The position numbers and the translations under genes are program-made. This document shows positions 46,753-50,058 of a stretch of DNA of 50,058 nt, in pieces (positions within the stretch are counted from its first letter, which is position 1; every line of letters begins with the position of its first letter). Source of the stretch: a bacterium (GTDB lineage: Bacteria; Patescibacteriota; Minisyncoccia; Sungbacterales; GWA2-42-14); assembly GCA_030649305.1 (NCBI GenBank), contig JAUSFV010000010.1, forward strand, positions 1-50,058, written 5' to 3'. The notes under the pieces were generated by a model that worked only from the letters and a program-made list of their open reading frames with translations, made no database searches and was not told the origin of the DNA.

Positions 46753-47192
46753 AACCAACAACCAACAACTTACAACTAACCACACGACGATTGCTCTATT
46801 TTTGTAATTTTTTTTTAAAACCACCCAACTGATTTGAGATGCTATCGCATTTCAGATATACCTCTCTAAATTCTGTGTCGGTGGCAAGGTTATTTCCGTT
46901 TAAAACATCAGCGCCTGCCAACGTTTCATTTACGGAACCGAGCGCGATTTCTATAAACCGGTTGAGTTCTTTATCTGATGTCTTTCCACTTCCCTCTGCG
47001 ATGTTGAGAATAACAGAGAAAGCCGATCTGATGATTTGGCTTCCCAATTCATATCGATATTCTCTTGGTAGTTTTTTGACGATTTTTAGGATAAGCGCAA
47101 GGAGCCCCTTTGCTTCTTGGTATACCCGCCATTTTAGGAATCTGAATTTATCCACGTTTTTGTTGTTAGTTGTTGGTGGTAAGTTGTTAGTT
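46753..47192 (-). mobile_element. four-helix-bundle cassette bounded by inverted heptamer arms
   Basis: Arms (AACYWAC)n at 46753-46789 and (GTTRGTT)n at 47156-47192 enclose a single gene. Confidence 0.75.
46796..47155 (-). CDS. four helix bundle protein (TIGR02436 / 23S rRNA IVP family)
   Basis: F..W.VYQ, LPREYRYELGSQIIRSAFSV.LNIAEGSG, RFIEIALGSVNE. Confidence 0.9.
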   Translation of the reverse strand: MDKFRFLKWRVYQEAKGLLALILKIVKKLPREYRYELGSQIIRSAFSVILNIAEGSGKTSDKELNRFIEIALGSVNETLAGADVLNGNNLATDTEFREVYLKCDSISNQLGGFKKKLQK

Positions 47193-47200
47193 AGGAAAAA

Positions 47201-47608
47201 TTACCTCTGTAATTTTTCCTTTATATCCAAGCTCCACGCCAAGTCATTTAATTTGCTTTCCGTCAGCTTGGTAAGCCCGACGGGCGCCGTTGCTTTTTTT
47301 GCCGCTTCCCCCGTTATAAGTTCGGGGCGCTTTTTTTTCCATATGTAGAGCCGCGGCCGTACAAAGTAATGGAAGCCGTTCAGGATGACTTTTGCGAGCG
47401 GTTGTTCATTGACTTTCAAATAGGCGAGCGATACGGAAAGGGAGGCAATCGGAATGGAGAAAATAATAAATGCAACCATCTCAAATACATTCCAAAAAAT
47501 CACCACGATGCCAAGCCCCGCGATGAGATAAATAAATTGCCGGAGCGTAAACGGCCCGAAAATCTTGTCTTCTACGGTAATAAATTGAGGAACTTGATAC
47601 TGTCTCAC
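47201..47608 (-). CDS. PrgI family protein (VirB3-like)
   Basis: YQVPQFITVEDKIFGPFTLRQF, two TM helices, KVNEQP, PRLYIWKK. GTG start at 47608. Confidence 0.85.
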   Translation of the reverse strand: MRQYQVPQFITVEDKIFGPFTLRQFIYLIAGLGIVVIFWNVFEMVAFIIFSIPIASLSVSLAYLKVNEQPLAKVILNGFHYFVRPRLYIWKKKRPELITGEAAKKATAPVGLTKLTESKLNDLAWSLDIKEKLQR

Positions 47609-47611
47609 GGT

Positions 47612-47702
47612 AACTGACAACCAACCACCCACAACTTATAACAGGCGACGTTTTGACTTGGTGTGTTATTAGTTGTTTGTTGTTGGTTGTACGTTGTTGG
47701 TT
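47612..47702 (-). mobile_element. second gene-less heptamer cassette
   Basis: AACTGAC AACCAAC CACCCAC AACTTAT facing (GTTRKTT)n. Spans the upstream stop to the prgI GTG. Confidence 0.7.
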
Positions 47703-48729
47703 ATTCTATCGGCTCTCTATACGGGTCGGTAGCGTATTTTTGTGTAGGTGTTGTCGGTTGTTTTGGCGATGTTATTGGTTGTTGGTTATTGGTTGTTTGT
47801 TTTTCTTGCGGTGGTTGAGGCGCTTGCGCCGGTGTTATTAGTTGTTGGTTATTAGTTATTGGTTGCCCCTTCTCTAATTCCGGCGTTTGAGTCAGTTTTT
47901 CAACTTCTTTCATGAATGGCAAGCTCGGCGGAGGTGCGGCTTTTGGCGTTTCCGGTTTTGGTTGCGGCGTCGTGGGTTGTTCGCGTCTGTTCGTATCTGC
48001 CGTTCGCGTCTGTTCGTGACCTCCGATGGGCCTAATCTCTTTCAAAACTTCGGAGTCGCGGGAAGACGGCATCGGCTGCGGCGCCTCCCGTGTCTTCGGC
48101 GGCTCCGGCGGCTCCGCTTTTTTTAATTCCGCCTCCGCCGCTTTTGTCGTTTGCGGCTGGTTATTGGTTATTAGTTGTTGGTTATTAGTTTTTGCGGGCG
48201 GTATCACCGATTTTGTCTCCGTTACCTGTTTTGTGCGGTCAAAACCATCCGGCCGGATTTCCCACGGCGACTTCGGCGTCGTTGTTGTTGGTTGTTTATT
48301 GTCAATTGTCGGTTGTGCCCGCGGTGTTGTTGGTTGTCGGTCGTAATTTGTTGGTTGTTGCATCGCCCGTTCATCCCAGCCCCCCCCATGTGCCTCTTTC
48401 AACCGCTCGCGTATCGCAAGAAAAATTTTAGTGTTTACTTCGCGCGCGATCTCGCTTGCTTTTGCATTATCAACATCCAACGTATCTTTGAGGTTGTATG
48501 TAAAATCAGCAATCGGTAGAAGTCCGATAATGCTATATCCGATAACGTCCGCAAGGTATCCGGTCTTTTCGATATTCAGTCCGAATTTTTTTCCGATTTC
48601 ATATACGGCACTCGCGGTATCAATTGAAATAAGCGCCTCTTTGATGTCGGGGTGCAGTTGCTCGTAGCGGCGCATCACTTCATTTTTGAGATCAGCGCCA
48701 TATTCTTTTGTGATATTTTGATTCGGCAT
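47701..48729 (-). CDS. hypothetical protein with helical N-domain, repeat-derived Q/P/T/N linker and DPYREPIE C-terminus
   Basis: N-terminal domain YEQLHPDIKEAL...IF..IRE.LK; low-complexity linker; ends DPYREPIE. Confidence 0.75.
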   Translation of the reverse strand: MPNQNITKEYGADLKNEVMRRYEQLHPDIKEALISIDTASAVYEIGKKFGLNIEKTGYLADVIGYSIIGLLPIADFTYNLKDTLDVDNAKASEIAREVNTKIFLAIRERLKEAHGGGWDERAMQQPTNYDRQPTTPRAQPTIDNKQPTTTTPKSPWEIRPDGFDRTKQVTETKSVIPPAKTNNQQLITNNQPQTTKAAEAELKKAEPPEPPKTREAPQPMPSSRDSEVLKEIRPIGGHEQTRTADTNRREQPTTPQPKPETPKAAPPPSLPFMKEVEKLTQTPELEKGQPITNNQQLITPAQAPQPPQEKQTTNNQQPITSPKQPTTPTQKYATDPYREPIE

Positions 48730-48730
48730 A

Positions 48731-50058
48731 TTATTTGTTTTGTTCGTGTTCTTTAAGCGCTTCTGTAATTATTTTTGCAATATCCTTTTTTCCGATTTGT
48801 CCTCCCCCCCCTCTTTTTTCGCTGAGCAATTTTTGTTGTGACATCAAGCGGAGGCCGGGTGATGTATTGAGAAGCTTTTGCATATCTCGAGTTAAATATT
48901 TGTCAGCAGTTTGTTGTTCGATGGCGCTCACCCTCATTTTTCCTTGGTCGGTATTTGGGTCCCAATTATGCGGGGTTTCTCTTCGAGACGCTTCAATGAT
49001 TCTACTTGATTCTTCTTCTATCTTTTGTTGTATATCCGCGAACGCGGTGCCGAGCGCTTCTGCGTGTTGTCGCGATTGTTTTCCGATATTCACGATGTCT
49101 GCCTCCGAGGCGTTCTTGATATATGCTTCAGCAAATTGTGATTTCAAAAATTCTGGAGCGATATTTCCTATTTTATCGCCGCTATAATTTTCTTTCGCAT
49201 AGTTCGCCACCTGCTGTTTGTATGTTTCCGAACTAAGCTCTTTTTTGGCGTTTGGATTTTTAATATTATACTGCACCTCGGGATTATTGGATGCCTCATG
49301 CACAATGTGTTCTGCTCTCACGCTTCGCAGTTTATCGGCAAGGGCGCCCTGCATCTCTGCGGGAAGTTTATTGATAACGTCTTGTCGGTCGCCCGCATCC
49401 ATCTTCTCAAGCAGGGTGCGCGCGTTTTGGGGCCGCTCATTCATGAGGTATTTCGCCTTTGCTTCATCTGACAGCCGCTGGTAGAAACCGAATTTTTCTT
49501 TATTCCGTTCCTTTTCTGCTTTTTCTCCAACCGCAGTTACGCGGCCAAGCCCGCGCGCGATGCCGCCGCCAAACGGGATTCTATTAAGAACATTTTGAAC
49601 GCCCTCGCTTCCAAGCATGTCTTTTGTTCTCGCTCCGACCCATTGTCGTCCGTAACGCGCTCCCCTTCCAACCGTCTGCCGTTTTGCGTAATTCGTAAGC
49701 CCCCTCCCCCATCCCGTTACGGTACTCGCGCCATAAATTCCCATTTTCTGCGCAACCATGAGCGAGCCAATGAGAAGCCCCGTGACCATAAAGAACTGTA
49801 CGCCCAAACCGATGGTATTATAGAGTTCAAATTGGGTTTTTGTCTTTGTAAGCGAGACGCTGAGGAGTTCTGATGAGGTGCGTAGGGAAAGCATGAGCAT
49901 AAACATAAATGCGGGCGCAAAAAACGACCATTGTGTCAATTTGTTCCACCAATCGTTCCAGTGGCTTTGCGTTGCGGGGAGTATCATAAAAAGAAACGCA
50001 AGCGGGCCGAACACCAAAAGCATCGCGAGCGAAATTATTCTGATAAGGAAGAAAAGTC
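48731..50058 (-). CDS. VirB6/TrbL-like polytopic membrane protein (5' partial)
   Basis: L.L.FGPLAFL..ILP.T..HW..WW..L....FFAP..MF pattern. The frame is open to the window edge. Confidence 0.7.
   Translation of the reverse strand, partial: LFFLIRIISLAMLLVFGPLAFLFMILPATQSHWNDWWNKLTQWSFFAPAFMFMLMLSLRTSSELLSVSLTKTKTQFELYNTIGLGVQFFMVTGLLIGSLMVAQKMGIYGASTVTGWGRGLTNYAKRQTVGRGARYGRQWVGARTKDMLGSEGVQNVLNRIPFGGGIARGLGRVTAVGEKAEKERNKEKFGFYQRLSDEAKAKYLMNERPQNARTLLEKMDAGDRQDVINKLPAEMQGALADKLRSVRAEHIVHEASNNPEVQYNIKNPNAKKELSSETYKQQVANYAKENYSGDKIGNIAPEFLKSQFAEAYIKNASEADIVNIGKQSRQHAEALGTAFADIQQKIEEESSRIIEASRRETPHNWDPNTDQGKMRVSAIEQQTADKYLTRDMQKLLNTSPGLRLMSQQKLLSEKRGGGGQIGKKDIAKIITEALKEHEQNK

Noticed and set aside
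46796-47155. Four-helix-bundle gene as the Avd of a diversity-generating retroelement
   Set aside because: No reverse transcriptase or TR/VR pair is visible in the window.
46753-48360. Tandem repeats as a CRISPR array
   Set aside because: Units are 7-11 nt with no unique spacers, and no cas genes are present.

Overview
This is a 50-kb chromosomal segment of a small-genome bacterium, most likely CPR/Patescibacteria (Parcubacteria-like; inferred from gene content and the CPR-type VirB4/PrgI/pilin locus). It spans the probable replication origin. Left to right it holds: a PHP phosphoesterase; an SD-led 2-oxoacid catabolism cluster (lpdA, lipB, E2, fused E1alpha/beta, FabG-like SDR, OFOR alpha/beta); housekeeping and repair genes (ruvA, uvrB, rpsT, holA, a two-component pair, polA, tsaE, a PilB/GspE ATPase, ruvB, yebC, ruvC, tyrS, a class A PBP); the dnaN-dnaA-rpmH-rnpA-yidD-yidC-jag block; and a T4SS-like operon. 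I recognised no rRNA, tRNA, CRISPR array or transposase. The striking feature is a dense population of small palindromic elements at gene junctions and inside genes. (1) A four-helix-bundle gene sits between inverted heptamer-repeat arms, and gene-less copies of the same arms occur at two other stop-to-start junctions. (2) A ~100-126 bp CCCCGTTAGA...TCTAACGGGG element with a TTCA duplication appears to have inserted into the ATG of polA and tyrS and rebuilt a GTG start. (3) A nested intergenic element occurs in three copies with different inverted-repeat cargos at one site. (4) Several further tandem-repeat hairpin families occur, some translated in-frame inside UvrB, HolA, PolA, YidD, YidC and VirB4.
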